This document shows, piece by piece, positions 8,484 to 17,928 of a stretch of 64,000 nt of DNA; position 1 is the stretch's first letter, and each line of letters opens with the position of its first letter. The translations under genes and the position numbers were made by a program. The notes beneath the pieces were generated by a model, which was not told the DNA's origin, searched no databases, and worked only from the letters and a program-made list of their open reading frames with translations. Origin of the DNA: a virus (taxonomy: Duplodnaviria; Caudoviricetes); the IMG/VR virus record IMGVR_UViG_3300008262_000013; one strand, given 5' to 3'.

Positions 8484-9163
8484 ACATTGATTTATCTATT
8501 TTAATACTTACGCATAATAGGCCTAAACTTTTTGAAAGAAGTTTAAATTCAATTTTATCATATTTAACTCCAAAAATAGAAGTAATTGTAAATAATGATA
8601 GTTCTGATATAAAAGAAATTGAAAATACTAATGTAAATTATTATTATGAAAAATTTAATAATATATCAAGTGTATATGAATTTTTATTTCTTAAGTCTAA
8701 AGGAAAATATATTTATTTTTTGGAAGATGATGACTATTTGAGGAAGCAATTTTTCGAACAAAGTTTTGATGCTGATATTATAGCTGGAAATTATTGTCCT
8801 ACCTATAAGCCAGATAATACTTTTGAAATAATAAATTTGTTTAAAGATGAAGTTATACACGATAAATGTGAATTTTTAAATAAATTAAACTTAGAACATT
8901 TACAATTAGGACAATTTATATTTAAAAGAAGTGTAATTGAAGATTTTTATTTTGGAATAGATAACAATATTCATAATGATATTAGACTGGTCTATCACGC
9001 TTCACAAAAGTCGAAGAAATTTAGAATGACCAATAAAGTATTTTACTACCAAACAAAAGATGGTAATGATAATATTTCTTTTCCTGGAACAAAAAAAAGT
9101 ATAAACGTAACGGCATCTTTGGACTTTTTAAAAAATTATGAAATACAAAATACAACATCATAA
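8477..9163 (+). CDS. Glycosyltransferase family 2 (GT-A fold)
   Basis: LSILILTHNRP N-terminus, VNND, and YIYFLEDDD (DxD-like) motifs. Confidence 0.85.
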   Translation: MVNIDLSILILTHNRPKLFERSLNSILSYLTPKIEVIVNNDSSDIKEIENTNVNYYYEKFNNISSVYEFLFLKSKGKYIYFLEDDDYLRKQFFEQSFDADIIAGNYCPTYKPDNTFEIINLFKDEVIHDKCEFLNKLNLEHLQLGQFIFKRSVIEDFYFGIDNNIHNDIRLVYHASQKSKKFRMTNKVFYYQTKDGNDNISFPGTKKSINVTASLDFLKNYEIQNTTS

Positions 9164-10040
9164 AGATCAAGATCCGGATCATATTAATATTCATTGGGAT
9201 AGTCTTACTATTTGTCAACTCAAGTGTTCTTATTGTTACGCTAGAAATGAGTATGGTAAAGAATGGGGTAAACTATCTAGTAAAAAAACAATTGATGCTG
9301 TATTGGATGCTTTAAATCGAAGTAGTTTGAATTTTAATTTGGGTTTGTTGGGTGGCGAACCAACTTTAGGTCCTTATTATTACCATATTTTAGACTCAAT
9401 CAGTAAAATGGAGAAATTTAATTGGGTTTATGTTGTAACAAATGCTGAAAAGGATTTGACACTTCACCCACATTATGATAAACTGGCTTTCCTATTCAGT
9501 TACCACCCGGCCGATTGTACGGATGAAAATAGATTTCTCAATAATATACATCATATGCTGGGTAGAGGTTATAAATGTAAAGTGAATGTTATGCTTCACC
9601 ATGATAAAAGTTTATGGCCAAAAATAAAAAATATGTTTGAAACTTTGGAAAAAATACCCAATTTAAAAATACATCCACACTTTTTATATGGTAATAGTAT
9701 CACTAAATTGTTTAACTATAGAAAAGATTTTTGGGAATATTTTTCTTTTTTAGAGTCGTATGAAAAAGAATTAAAATATGATGATGATTTTTTTAATGAT
9801 TATATTATATTTAGGGATAAATTAACCAATTTTAAAGGATGGAATTGTTACAACAATAATTATGAAATTGACGTTAGAGGTAACGTTGTTAAATTTTGTA
9901 TGCCAAAAACTGATAATATTAATCTCATAAGCAATAGAGATTTTTTTAAAAATATAACCAAAACTGTTCCTATGGTTTGTCCACATAAAGCTTGCAATTG
10001 TGATGGTCTTTTAAAACAATTAAAAATTAAAAATGAGTAA
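9138..10040 (+). CDS. Radical SAM enzyme with twitch-like extension (paralog of 1699..2547)
   Basis: IHWDSLTICQLKCSYC, LLGGEP, FSYHP and C-terminal FKGWNC...FC...VCPHKACNC. Confidence 0.9.
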   Translation: MKYKIQHHKDQDPDHINIHWDSLTICQLKCSYCYARNEYGKEWGKLSSKKTIDAVLDALNRSSLNFNLGLLGGEPTLGPYYYHILDSISKMEKFNWVYVVTNAEKDLTLHPHYDKLAFLFSYHPADCTDENRFLNNIHHMLGRGYKCKVNVMLHHDKSLWPKIKNMFETLEKIPNLKIHPHFLYGNSITKLFNYRKDFWEYFSFLESYEKELKYDDDFFNDYIIFRDKLTNFKGWNCYNNNYEIDVRGNVVKFCMPKTDNINLISNRDFFKNITKTVPMVCPHKACNCDGLLKQLKIKNE

Positions 10041-10791
10041 GATTGTTGAATGGGAAATTACACTTAAATGTAATTATAAATGTGAGTATTGTACAAATTT
10101 GGATCCTAGTATGCGACCAGAATTGACTGAAGAAAAAATAAAAGATTTTATAAAAAAATTAGGTGAGACATATCCCGGTGTAGAAATATTTATTTTTGGA
10201 GGGGAACCATTTGTTCATCCAAAAATAAATTTTATAATAAAAACATTTAATGAATATAATATTCCATTTGTTATACAGACGAACTTCAGTAGTTATAGTA
10301 GAAAAACAATTCAAAAAATAAAAGATCCATTTAAAATTAATATAAGTGTTCATCCTACAGAAACGTCTATAGAAGATATAGTTCAGGGATTAAAAGATAC
10401 TAAAGTTAATATTAAAACTATAGATGTGATGTACACCGGTAAAGAAGCTATAGATTATTATTTTGCAGTAAAAAAATCTTTAGACCACGACAATTTATTT
10501 TTAACTCCAGTAACAGACTTTGGTGATGGTCATAGTGATACTTTACTCGCACAATATCTTTCTTTAAAAAACAATTTAATGTATCGAAAAATAATTAAAT
10601 TTGAAGATATTGAAAGACTAGGTAAACAACGAAGTGATCTTTGGATAGATTCTAATTTTAACACTTTTGGAAAACCTTGTTTATATAAAGATAAATACTT
10701 CCTCTACTCACCCAACTTAGATTTGTATAACTGTTGTTATAGAATCAAAGTCAACAAATTGTGCCCGAAAACAAAATGTTTTCTAATGTAA
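10033..10791 (+). CDS. Compact radical SAM enzyme
   Basis: WEITLKCNYKCEYC, IFGGEP, ISVHP and C-terminal GKPC...YNCC...LCPKTKC. Confidence 0.9.
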   Translation: MSKIVEWEITLKCNYKCEYCTNLDPSMRPELTEEKIKDFIKKLGETYPGVEIFIFGGEPFVHPKINFIIKTFNEYNIPFVIQTNFSSYSRKTIQKIKDPFKINISVHPTETSIEDIVQGLKDTKVNIKTIDVMYTGKEAIDYYFAVKKSLDHDNLFLTPVTDFGDGHSDTLLAQYLSLKNNLMYRKIIKFEDIERLGKQRSDLWIDSNFNTFGKPCLYKDKYFLYSPNLDLYNCCYRIKVNKLCPKTKCFLM

Positions 10792-10792
10792 T

Positions 10793-11626
10793 ATGAGATA
10801 TCTTTTAGCCGGAGCTTTTAGTAAGTTTGTTCCCTTAATAAAATTTTTAAGTCAAAACATAGTCGATTCTAAAGAGTTGGTGGTTTATGACGGCATTAAT
10901 AAATGTAAATGGAATGGAGGTAGAATAAACAGGGATGTTTATTATAAAGATAATTTGATAGAATATTATTATAGTAAGAATATCAAGATTGCTTTAACAT
11001 TTAGTAATCATAATATTGATTTGACTGACGAATTGGGAAATCATTTACTGGAGAAATTTCACAAAAAAGGAAATGCTTTAATTATTGTGAATGATGACTT
11101 GAGAAAATATGTTAGAGAAAAATTTCCATTATACGATTTAATTTACAGTATTACTGGAATGGGACTATTAAACATACCTTTACAAGATAAAGATATAGAA
11201 TTTTATAAAAAATTGGAAGAAAATTATGATTGGATCGTTCCTAGGTTTGAACACATATTTGATCCTAGGTCTAACGAACTGGACAAAACAAAGTGGGAAG
11301 TAATGCTGAATGATACTTGTGTTTATGGATGTAAACATTGGGATGCACACTTCAAGGCAATTGCAGATGAAAATACCGCCGGTAGACCGTATAGTAAGGA
11401 AGTGGAAGAATGTTGGCTTCCTAAGTTTGATTTCAACAAAGATAGTAAATATGAATGTATGGATATAAAACCATTAGCGATGGAAAAATTAATAAAAGAT
11501 GGAGTTAGGAGTTTTAAAATTACTGGTAGAGAAATGAAAGATGATGAATACTATGGAGAATTAATGAGATTCGTTTTAAATAGCAAATCTGTTAATATTG
11601 TAAAATGGCCAACTGGGAAAAAATAA
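10793..11626 (+). CDS. Peptidase U32-like Fe-S protein (paralog 1)
   Basis: WNGGRINR, NDTCVYGC..H, further Cys, and C-terminal GVRSFKITGRE matching the U32 FKIEGR signature. Confidence 0.65.
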   Translation: MRYLLAGAFSKFVPLIKFLSQNIVDSKELVVYDGINKCKWNGGRINRDVYYKDNLIEYYYSKNIKIALTFSNHNIDLTDELGNHLLEKFHKKGNALIIVNDDLRKYVREKFPLYDLIYSITGMGLLNIPLQDKDIEFYKKLEENYDWIVPRFEHIFDPRSNELDKTKWEVMLNDTCVYGCKHWDAHFKAIADENTAGRPYSKEVEECWLPKFDFNKDSKYECMDIKPLAMEKLIKDGVRSFKITGREMKDDEYYGELMRFVLNSKSVNIVKWPTGKK

Positions 11627-12678
11627 AAGTAGTTAGAAAAAAAGAGGACATGCAAGTTGGGCAAATAAAGCCTAAATGTTCTTACAAGGTTTTACAATTA
11701 AACAACAGTTCAATAATGGAGTCTAAGTATGTCGTTACATTTAGAATTACTGAAGCGTGCGACCTCAAATGTAATTATTGTCACTGGCATAGTGGTAAAC
11801 ATTACAAATACGAAGATATTATAAAAACGATTGATAAGATATTTGAATTCTTACAAAAAAATAAATTAAAGTCTGTTCTGTTTTACTATCATGGTGGAGA
11901 ACCAACAACACATCCTAAGATAGTTGATATTCTGAAGTATATTCATGATAAGGGAAAACAAACAAATATTATTGCGTCTAATGAGATGCAAACCAATTTG
12001 ACTTTAAAAGAATCAAAGTTAAAAGAAATACTACCATATTGTGACCTTTTTAATGTAAGCTTTCATTACTTGGAATTAAAAAGATTAAAAAAATTTAATA
12101 ATTTTAATCACAATTGGAATCTTTTAAAAGAAATGAATGTGGAGATTCATAATTTAGATATCATGTTGGAGAATGTGGAGAGAACTCATTTATTTTATAA
12201 TGGAGAAATTATTGAAATATATCCAGATGAGTTCTATAGTAGTATTGTAGATTATCTGAAATATGATAAAATTGTTAATAGTGAAATGATATATGGATTT
12301 TGTCACTACAAATACCCTCCAGAAATCGAAGCTAAACATATGGAGTTTTATAAAAAATATAATAAAACAGAACAGAAATATCTTATAGATGATGTTGAGT
12401 ATACCACGAATGATTTATTTAAATTCGGTATAGATGCTAGAGGTTGGCATTGTGCAGCCGGTAATGAAAGTATAACAATTAATGGTGATGGTAATGTTTT
12501 TAATTGTGGTATTCATATGACAAACTACATACGAGAAAGTTCTCCAGAAAAAGCATATACAAATTTAGTACATGATGAAATTGGGGTAACAAAATTAACT
12601 TTATTATATAAAACTGGCACAATATGCCGTTGGGATTATTGTGGCGGCGATTTTTACTTAAGTAGAAAACCCAAATGA
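11605..12678 (+). CDS. Radical SAM enzyme with twitch-like C-terminus
   Basis: ITEACDLKCNYC, YHGGEP, VSFHY and C-terminal GWHCAAG...GNVFNC...ICRWDYC. The true start may be downstream of 11605. Confidence 0.9.
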   Translation: MANWEKIKVVRKKEDMQVGQIKPKCSYKVLQLNNSSIMESKYVVTFRITEACDLKCNYCHWHSGKHYKYEDIIKTIDKIFEFLQKNKLKSVLFYYHGGEPTTHPKIVDILKYIHDKGKQTNIIASNEMQTNLTLKESKLKEILPYCDLFNVSFHYLELKRLKKFNNFNHNWNLLKEMNVEIHNLDIMLENVERTHLFYNGEIIEIYPDEFYSSIVDYLKYDKIVNSEMIYGFCHYKYPPEIEAKHMEFYKKYNKTEQKYLIDDVEYTTNDLFKFGIDARGWHCAAGNESITINGDGNVFNCGIHMTNYIRESSPEKAYTNLVHDEIGVTKLTLLYKTGTICRWDYCGGDFYLSRKPK

Positions 12679-12690
12679 GGATTGATAATT

Positions 12691-13293
12691 ATGTCAGAAA
12701 TAATTTCATTGTTTCCAATTAATGTTTTAGTTGAAAAAATAAATGTCGATTGGAATAAAGATAAAGTGATAGAACACATTGAGAACTATTTAAAAAAACA
12801 ATGTAAAACTGGAGAAGTAGGAGAAGATTTACACAAACAAGAAGTATTCAGTCCAATAGTAAAATTTATGAATGATAGTGTAAACAACTATTGGAAATTA
12901 TTAAATTATTCCAATCATTTTCCAATTGAAATGACAAGTATGTGGGCTAATAGACATGATAGACATCATGATAGACCACATGATTTGGATGTTGATGGAC
13001 CTGCAATTATATCAGCTGTTTTTTATGTTCAAAAAGAAAGTTCTCAAATGGGAAATTTATATTTTGGAAATCCCATTGAATTAATTTGGCAAACACAACC
13101 ACTATCCGAATCGAGGCGCCATGAAAATAGATATTTTGAATTTGATGGTAGAACTGGTGATTTAATTTTTTTCCCTAGTTGGTTACAACACGGCATAAGG
13201 CAAAATAAAACCGATATACCTAGATATTCTATAGCTGCAAACTTTGAATTGAGAGGTATTAAAATGATTAAACAATTGTCTAAGAAAAAATGA
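12691..13293 (+). CDS. 2OG-Fe(II) oxygenase superfamily protein
   Basis: SMWAN...PHD...ISAVFYV...LIFFPSWLQHGI...RYSIAANF pattern typical of phage putative 2OG-Fe(II) oxygenases. ATG 12691 is preferred over TTG 12682. Confidence 0.8.
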   Translation: MSEIISLFPINVLVEKINVDWNKDKVIEHIENYLKKQCKTGEVGEDLHKQEVFSPIVKFMNDSVNNYWKLLNYSNHFPIEMTSMWANRHDRHHDRPHDLDVDGPAIISAVFYVQKESSQMGNLYFGNPIELIWQTQPLSESRRHENRYFEFDGRTGDLIFFPSWLQHGIRQNKTDIPRYSIAANFELRGIKMIKQLSKKK

Positions 13294-13871
13294 AAGTGTC
13301 TTTGACAGGTTGGAACGGTTTTCTTTCTAAAAAATTGAGAGAAAGAACAGAAATAAAATGGCAAGAAGATGTGAATGGTAGTGATATACTTTTTCTTATG
13401 GGCAGTCCTACGTTTACGGGTTCTACTTTGGATAAAAACGATTCTCAAGTTATGCACAATTATGTAAAAAATACAATTAATAAAATAGACTCCTATTCAA
13501 ACCCTATTATTTTTGCTAGTACCACTGGTGTGAATGATATTGATTTAAATCATTCGGGAACAACTTGTTATAATTTGTGTAAACTTTACATTGAAAATTA
13601 TATAATGAATAAATGTGAAAATTGGATGATATTACGTATTGGCACTATTATATCCGATAATAAGTATGATATTGATAAAATGCGTTTCGATAGAATACAA
13701 CAGAGAATGCTCAAAAATGATTTTACAAACATAGAGTTTGAAGATAATTATCTATTTGTAGATGAATTTGTAAATACTACAATTAATAATATTTTAAACT
13801 TTAATATTGGTATAGTTCATTATAAACTAACAAAAATGACTTTACCAAAATTAATGCTTTTAGGAAAGTAA
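13290..13871 (+). CDS. Short NAD-dependent epimerase/dehydratase (SDR)-like protein
   Basis: VSLTGWNGFLS Rossmann start, ASTT, YNLCK (YxxxK) and ILRIG. Confidence 0.7.
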   Translation: MKVSLTGWNGFLSKKLRERTEIKWQEDVNGSDILFLMGSPTFTGSTLDKNDSQVMHNYVKNTINKIDSYSNPIIFASTTGVNDIDLNHSGTTCYNLCKLYIENYIMNKCENWMILRIGTIISDNKYDIDKMRFDRIQQRMLKNDFTNIEFEDNYLFVDEFVNTTINNILNFNIGIVHYKLTKMTLPKLMLLGK

Positions 13872-13872
13872 A

Positions 13873-14733
13873 ATGATTACAGTAAAGGTCGGAGGAGCTG
13901 TACAAAAATATAAAAACATATTGATGTTTAATGTTAAAAATAGGTCTTTAATTGATGGTCTACAAATGATTTATTATGATATGCCTAATAGTTGTATTTG
14001 GAATGGCGGCAGAATTAATAGAAATATAGAATTAACTCAAAATATAATAGATACTTACAATCAACAAAAATTTGGATTAGATTTAGGTTTTACCAATCAA
14101 GTCATAATTGATGTTGGAGATGAAGTTGGAAATTATTTGTTGGAAATGGTTTATTCGAATAATCCAAATAAATTGCATGGTGTTATTTTAGTAAGTGAAA
14201 CATTAAGAAGATATTTACGTAAAAATTTTCCAGAATTTAAATTAACTTATAGTATCACTGGTCATCCGACTACCGATCAATTAAATTTTGAGGGATATTA
14301 TAAAGAACTTGAAGAAAAATATGATATAATTGTACCAAAATATAGTCATTTAGATAATATATTACCTCTAATGTATGAAAATAAGTTAGACGCATCCAAA
14401 TATGAAATACTGGTTAATGACAACTGTAATGTCACTTGCCAATTTTACTCCGAACATTTTGCACAAATATCACATTTAAATTCTATTATAGAATTTCCTT
14501 GGGAAAAACAACACGAACTTAGTTATCAAGTCGAAATAAAACCTAAACTAAAATCTGGTCCAATTAAAAAAGAACCGAATTGTATTCAAGGTGATCTTCT
14601 GGTCAATAATTTACAAAGATTTTATGATGCTGGAGTAAGAAACTTTAAAATTAGTGGTAGAGATTTAGAAGATATTGATTTCGAACATCAATTACCAAAA
14701 CATTTAAGAGAAATAAAATCTATACATGTATAA
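13873..14733 (+). CDS. Peptidase U32-like Fe-S protein (paralog 2)
   Basis: CIWNGGRINR, NDNCNVTC...HF and GVRNFKISGRD; clearly homologous to 10793..11626. Confidence 0.65.
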   Translation: MITVKVGGAVQKYKNILMFNVKNRSLIDGLQMIYYDMPNSCIWNGGRINRNIELTQNIIDTYNQQKFGLDLGFTNQVIIDVGDEVGNYLLEMVYSNNPNKLHGVILVSETLRRYLRKNFPEFKLTYSITGHPTTDQLNFEGYYKELEEKYDIIVPKYSHLDNILPLMYENKLDASKYEILVNDNCNVTCQFYSEHFAQISHLNSIIEFPWEKQHELSYQVEIKPKLKSGPIKKEPNCIQGDLLVNNLQRFYDAGVRNFKISGRDLEDIDFEHQLPKHLREIKSIHV

Positions 14734-15526
14734 CTATGCGATAGTGTTTTCGGTTGAAAATAAAAAAAAATTAAATTACGAAAAATTGTCTATAATACTT
14801 TCAACTAGCATCAGAGAACATTTACCTGATATTGATGTGTACTGTGGTTGTTTTACAAGTAATACTATTAGTGACGAAACAAAAAAACATTTAAAAAAAT
14901 TAAATGTAAATATTCAAGAAATTGATATTTTTAACGAGAGAGATGGTGATGACTCTTTTTATTTAAGATTGTATACAAAATATTTTTTTTCCAAAACTTT
15001 ATTAAATTCTTATGATTATCTAGTTTACGTTGATGTTGACACTTTATTTTTAAAACCGTTAAACTTTGATTTTGATCCTTTAGATAATATTGTACTAGTA
15101 GAAACAATACCCAATTGGGTTAAAAAACATGAGTCGAAGAATACTTATGTTCCAGAGGGAAATTTGTATTATAATTGGATACAGATATTAAACCATAAAA
15201 ACAAATTTCTATATGATATAGATTTTTCCGATATAAGTTTTTTAGAAAGTAAAATGGCTGATAGTTTTATATCCAAAAGAATAGACAATTCTGGATTAAA
15301 ATTAATTGAACAGAATATAGGAGCCAACCACTGTTTAAAGCCTATAACAGAAAAAACACAAATAATACACTACGATGATTTGGATTATGATGGTTGTTTT
15401 ATTGATTTGGAAGATTTATATCCAGAAACTTACAAAAAATATAAATTATTAATAGAACAAATTTTAAATTTGAAAATAACCAATATTAAAGATTATTATA
15501 AAAATATAAGAGATTTATATTCATGA
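14726..15526 (+). CDS. GT-A fold glycosyltransferase (GT8-like)
   Basis: SIREHLPD, YDYLVYVDVDTLFL (DxD) and late IIHY motifs. Confidence 0.65.
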   Translation: MYNYAIVFSVENKKKLNYEKLSIILSTSIREHLPDIDVYCGCFTSNTISDETKKHLKKLNVNIQEIDIFNERDGDDSFYLRLYTKYFFSKTLLNSYDYLVYVDVDTLFLKPLNFDFDPLDNIVLVETIPNWVKKHESKNTYVPEGNLYYNWIQILNHKNKFLYDIDFSDISFLESKMADSFISKRIDNSGLKLIEQNIGANHCLKPITEKTQIIHYDDLDYDGCFIDLEDLYPETYKKYKLLIEQILNLKITNIKDYYKNIRDLYS

Positions 15527-16206
15527 AAAAAGAAATTTTAGAATATTCTTTTGAAAAAGATGTTGCTCATATACCTTCAGCTTTATCAATGTCGGACTAT
15601 ATTGAGGAGTTGTTTAGTGAAAAATTAGTAACACCTGACGATAAAATAATAATAGGAAAACCTTTTGGAGCTCAAGCCTATTATATAATATGGAAAAAAA
15701 TGGGATATTTGGATGATATACATAAATTAAGTCCTGTTTTAAAAATGAGTGAAGTTGATTTTGTAGATTTTTCTGAAGAAACTATGGGAGATTCATTGGG
15801 TATAGCAGCAGGCATAGCTCTAACTACAGAAAAATTAGTTTGGGTAAATCTATCTGATGCAACTTTACAAATGGGACCAACACTTGAAGCAATACAGTTT
15901 ATAGGACAAAATTGTTTAAAGAATGTTTTAGTAACAGTTGATTATAATGGAACTCAAGTAACGGGGTATACAAAAGATATAATTAATACTGATCCTATCG
16001 TAGACATGTTTAGAGGATATAATTGGGAAGTATTTCATGATTTGAACAATTTTAGTATTGGTAAAAAGCCTAAAGTTTTTATTATGAAAACAATTAAAGG
16101 TAATGGAATACCAAGCATGGAAAAGGATATAAAAAAATGGCATTACAGGAAAATACAATCACAAGAAGAATTACAGTCGTTGGTGCAGGAACTTCAGGTT
16201 ATTTAA
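15523..16206 (+). CDS. Transketolase-like, N-terminal ThDP-binding subunit
   Basis: AHIPSALS, MGDSLGIAAGIA, SDA...VDYN (GDG..N variant) and TIKGNG...WH. Confidence 0.85.
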   Translation: MKKEILEYSFEKDVAHIPSALSMSDYIEELFSEKLVTPDDKIIIGKPFGAQAYYIIWKKMGYLDDIHKLSPVLKMSEVDFVDFSEETMGDSLGIAAGIALTTEKLVWVNLSDATLQMGPTLEAIQFIGQNCLKNVLVTVDYNGTQVTGYTKDIINTDPIVDMFRGYNWEVFHDLNNFSIGKKPKVFIMKTIKGNGIPSMEKDIKKWHYRKIQSQEELQSLVQELQVI

Positions 16207-17480
16207 CTGTTTTATATTTTTGCAAAAAATATCCTGATATGCAGGTGACATGGATTTATCCAGAAGTCAACCAGCCCATAGGTGTTGGTGAAGCAACAGT
16301 ACCACAAGTTCAAAGATTTTTAGCTGAGTTGGGAGTATCTGTTCAAGATATGATATTACATTGTAATGCAAATTTAAAAATTGGAGCAATGTTTGAAAAT
16401 TGGTCACCAACACAAAAATCTTTTTTTCATCCATTTGGATCCACAGATGAAAATTGTTTGGATTTGGAGTGGTACTTAAAAAATAATCAAATTCCACCAA
16501 ATATTTTAGAAGCTTATCCCGAAACATTAGAATATATGTTGGAGAATGATGATTTTCCAGATTTTGCAACAAATTTTGATGTAAGAGAATTGTGTAAGTA
16601 CTTGGATAAAATTTTTGAAAATTTTAAAAATTTAAAAGTAATACGTAAAACTATAACAGATGTTGATGAAATTGAAGATGATCACATCATAGATGCCACA
16701 GGATTCTCCAAAACATTAATCAATAAAACTGATAAAGAAAATTTCAAAAGTATTAAACACATTATACCTAATAATAAAGCTTTTGTTTATCGAGCTGAAT
16801 ATTCCGATAAAGAGAATCAACAACAACCTTATACAACAATTACCGCGGTGACGCATGGTTGGATATGGACTATACCATTGAAAGATGTTATAACATTTGG
16901 TCACGTACATGATGATCGTTACGACACTAAACAAGAATACATAAATTTTGTGGAGTCTAGACTTGGTTACAAAATAGACGAATCTAAAATTGTTGAAGTT
17001 AAAATGATTACTGGTAGGAATATAAAACATTTTAGAAAACAAGGAAACAAGTCGATTTATTCAATTGGTTTAAGTTCTTATTTTATTGAACCTATAGAAG
17101 CTACAGGATTATATCTTGCAACTTATGGTATTAAATTATTAGATCGTCTGTTAAAAAATGAAATAACCGTGGATGAGTATAACAATGATTATAACAGAGA
17201 ATTTGATGCTGTTACAGACTTTATTACTACATATTATAAATTTTCAAAAAACTCTAATGAATATTGGGATCATTTTAAAAAATTAAATATAGAAACTCAT
17301 AGGAAAAATAATATTTTTCCGGCCAGAAGTTGGAATTTAATATTATCTGGAATGGGACAAGAAGAAAAAAAATACAAAATAAAAGCAGAACGTATAATAA
17401 AAATTAGAAAAAATAATGTAAAATATAGTGAATGGTTAAAAGAATTTCATGAGAAAAACTCTACATCAATATCTAAGTAA
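16137..17480 (+). CDS. Flavin-dependent (tryptophan-halogenase-family) enzyme 1
   Basis: VVGAGTSG, IGVGEAT, CNANLK (PrnA K79-equivalent position), GWIWTIP (WxWxIP) and FIEPIEATG. Confidence 0.85.
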   Translation: MALQENTITRRITVVGAGTSGYLTVLYFCKKYPDMQVTWIYPEVNQPIGVGEATVPQVQRFLAELGVSVQDMILHCNANLKIGAMFENWSPTQKSFFHPFGSTDENCLDLEWYLKNNQIPPNILEAYPETLEYMLENDDFPDFATNFDVRELCKYLDKIFENFKNLKVIRKTITDVDEIEDDHIIDATGFSKTLINKTDKENFKSIKHIIPNNKAFVYRAEYSDKENQQQPYTTITAVTHGWIWTIPLKDVITFGHVHDDRYDTKQEYINFVESRLGYKIDESKIVEVKMITGRNIKHFRKQGNKSIYSIGLSSYFIEPIEATGLYLATYGIKLLDRLLKNEITVDEYNNDYNREFDAVTDFITTYYKFSKNSNEYWDHFKKLNIETHRKNNIFPARSWNLILSGMGQEEKKYKIKAERIIKIRKNNVKYSEWLKEFHEKNSTSISK

Positions 17481-17928
17481 ATTAAAACATCCCGACATTT
17501 ATCTATTACATGGAGATATGTGGGGTTTCCCCACAAAAGGCAATGTAATTAATTGCGGTATACAAGAACCAAATATGGTTAATATTGCAGCTGGTCTTGC
17601 CAGTCAAGGTAAAAAAGTGATAGTATATGGTGTTGCTGGATTTGTAATTTATAGAGCTTACTCTCAAATCAAACTCAATATTAAAGATTGGGCAGAAAAT
17701 TTTGGTTCGATTATATTTGTAAATGCTGGTTATAATGGGTGTTATTCATACTGCGGTAGAGGACATCTCGTATATGATGATCATTTATTGATGAATGCTT
17801 TAGACATTCCGTTATATACTCCCGACGATTGTAGTGGTTTTATACGTACAGTAAAAGAAGGACTACAACAGAACGGAGTTCGTTTTATTCGATTGGGTTG
17901 GGATGGTGCACCATGGAAATTGCGGTAA
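17449..17928 (+). CDS. Transketolase-like, pyrimidine-binding (middle) subunit, short
   Basis: GDMW and NCGIQEPNMVNIAAGLASQG (GIAEQNM..AAGLA motif), GRGH; lacks the usual third domain. Confidence 0.85.
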   Translation: MRKTLHQYLSKLKHPDIYLLHGDMWGFPTKGNVINCGIQEPNMVNIAAGLASQGKKVIVYGVAGFVIYRAYSQIKLNIKDWAENFGSIIFVNAGYNGCYSYCGRGHLVYDDHLLMNALDIPLYTPDDCSGFIRTVKEGLQQNGVRFIRLGWDGAPWKLR

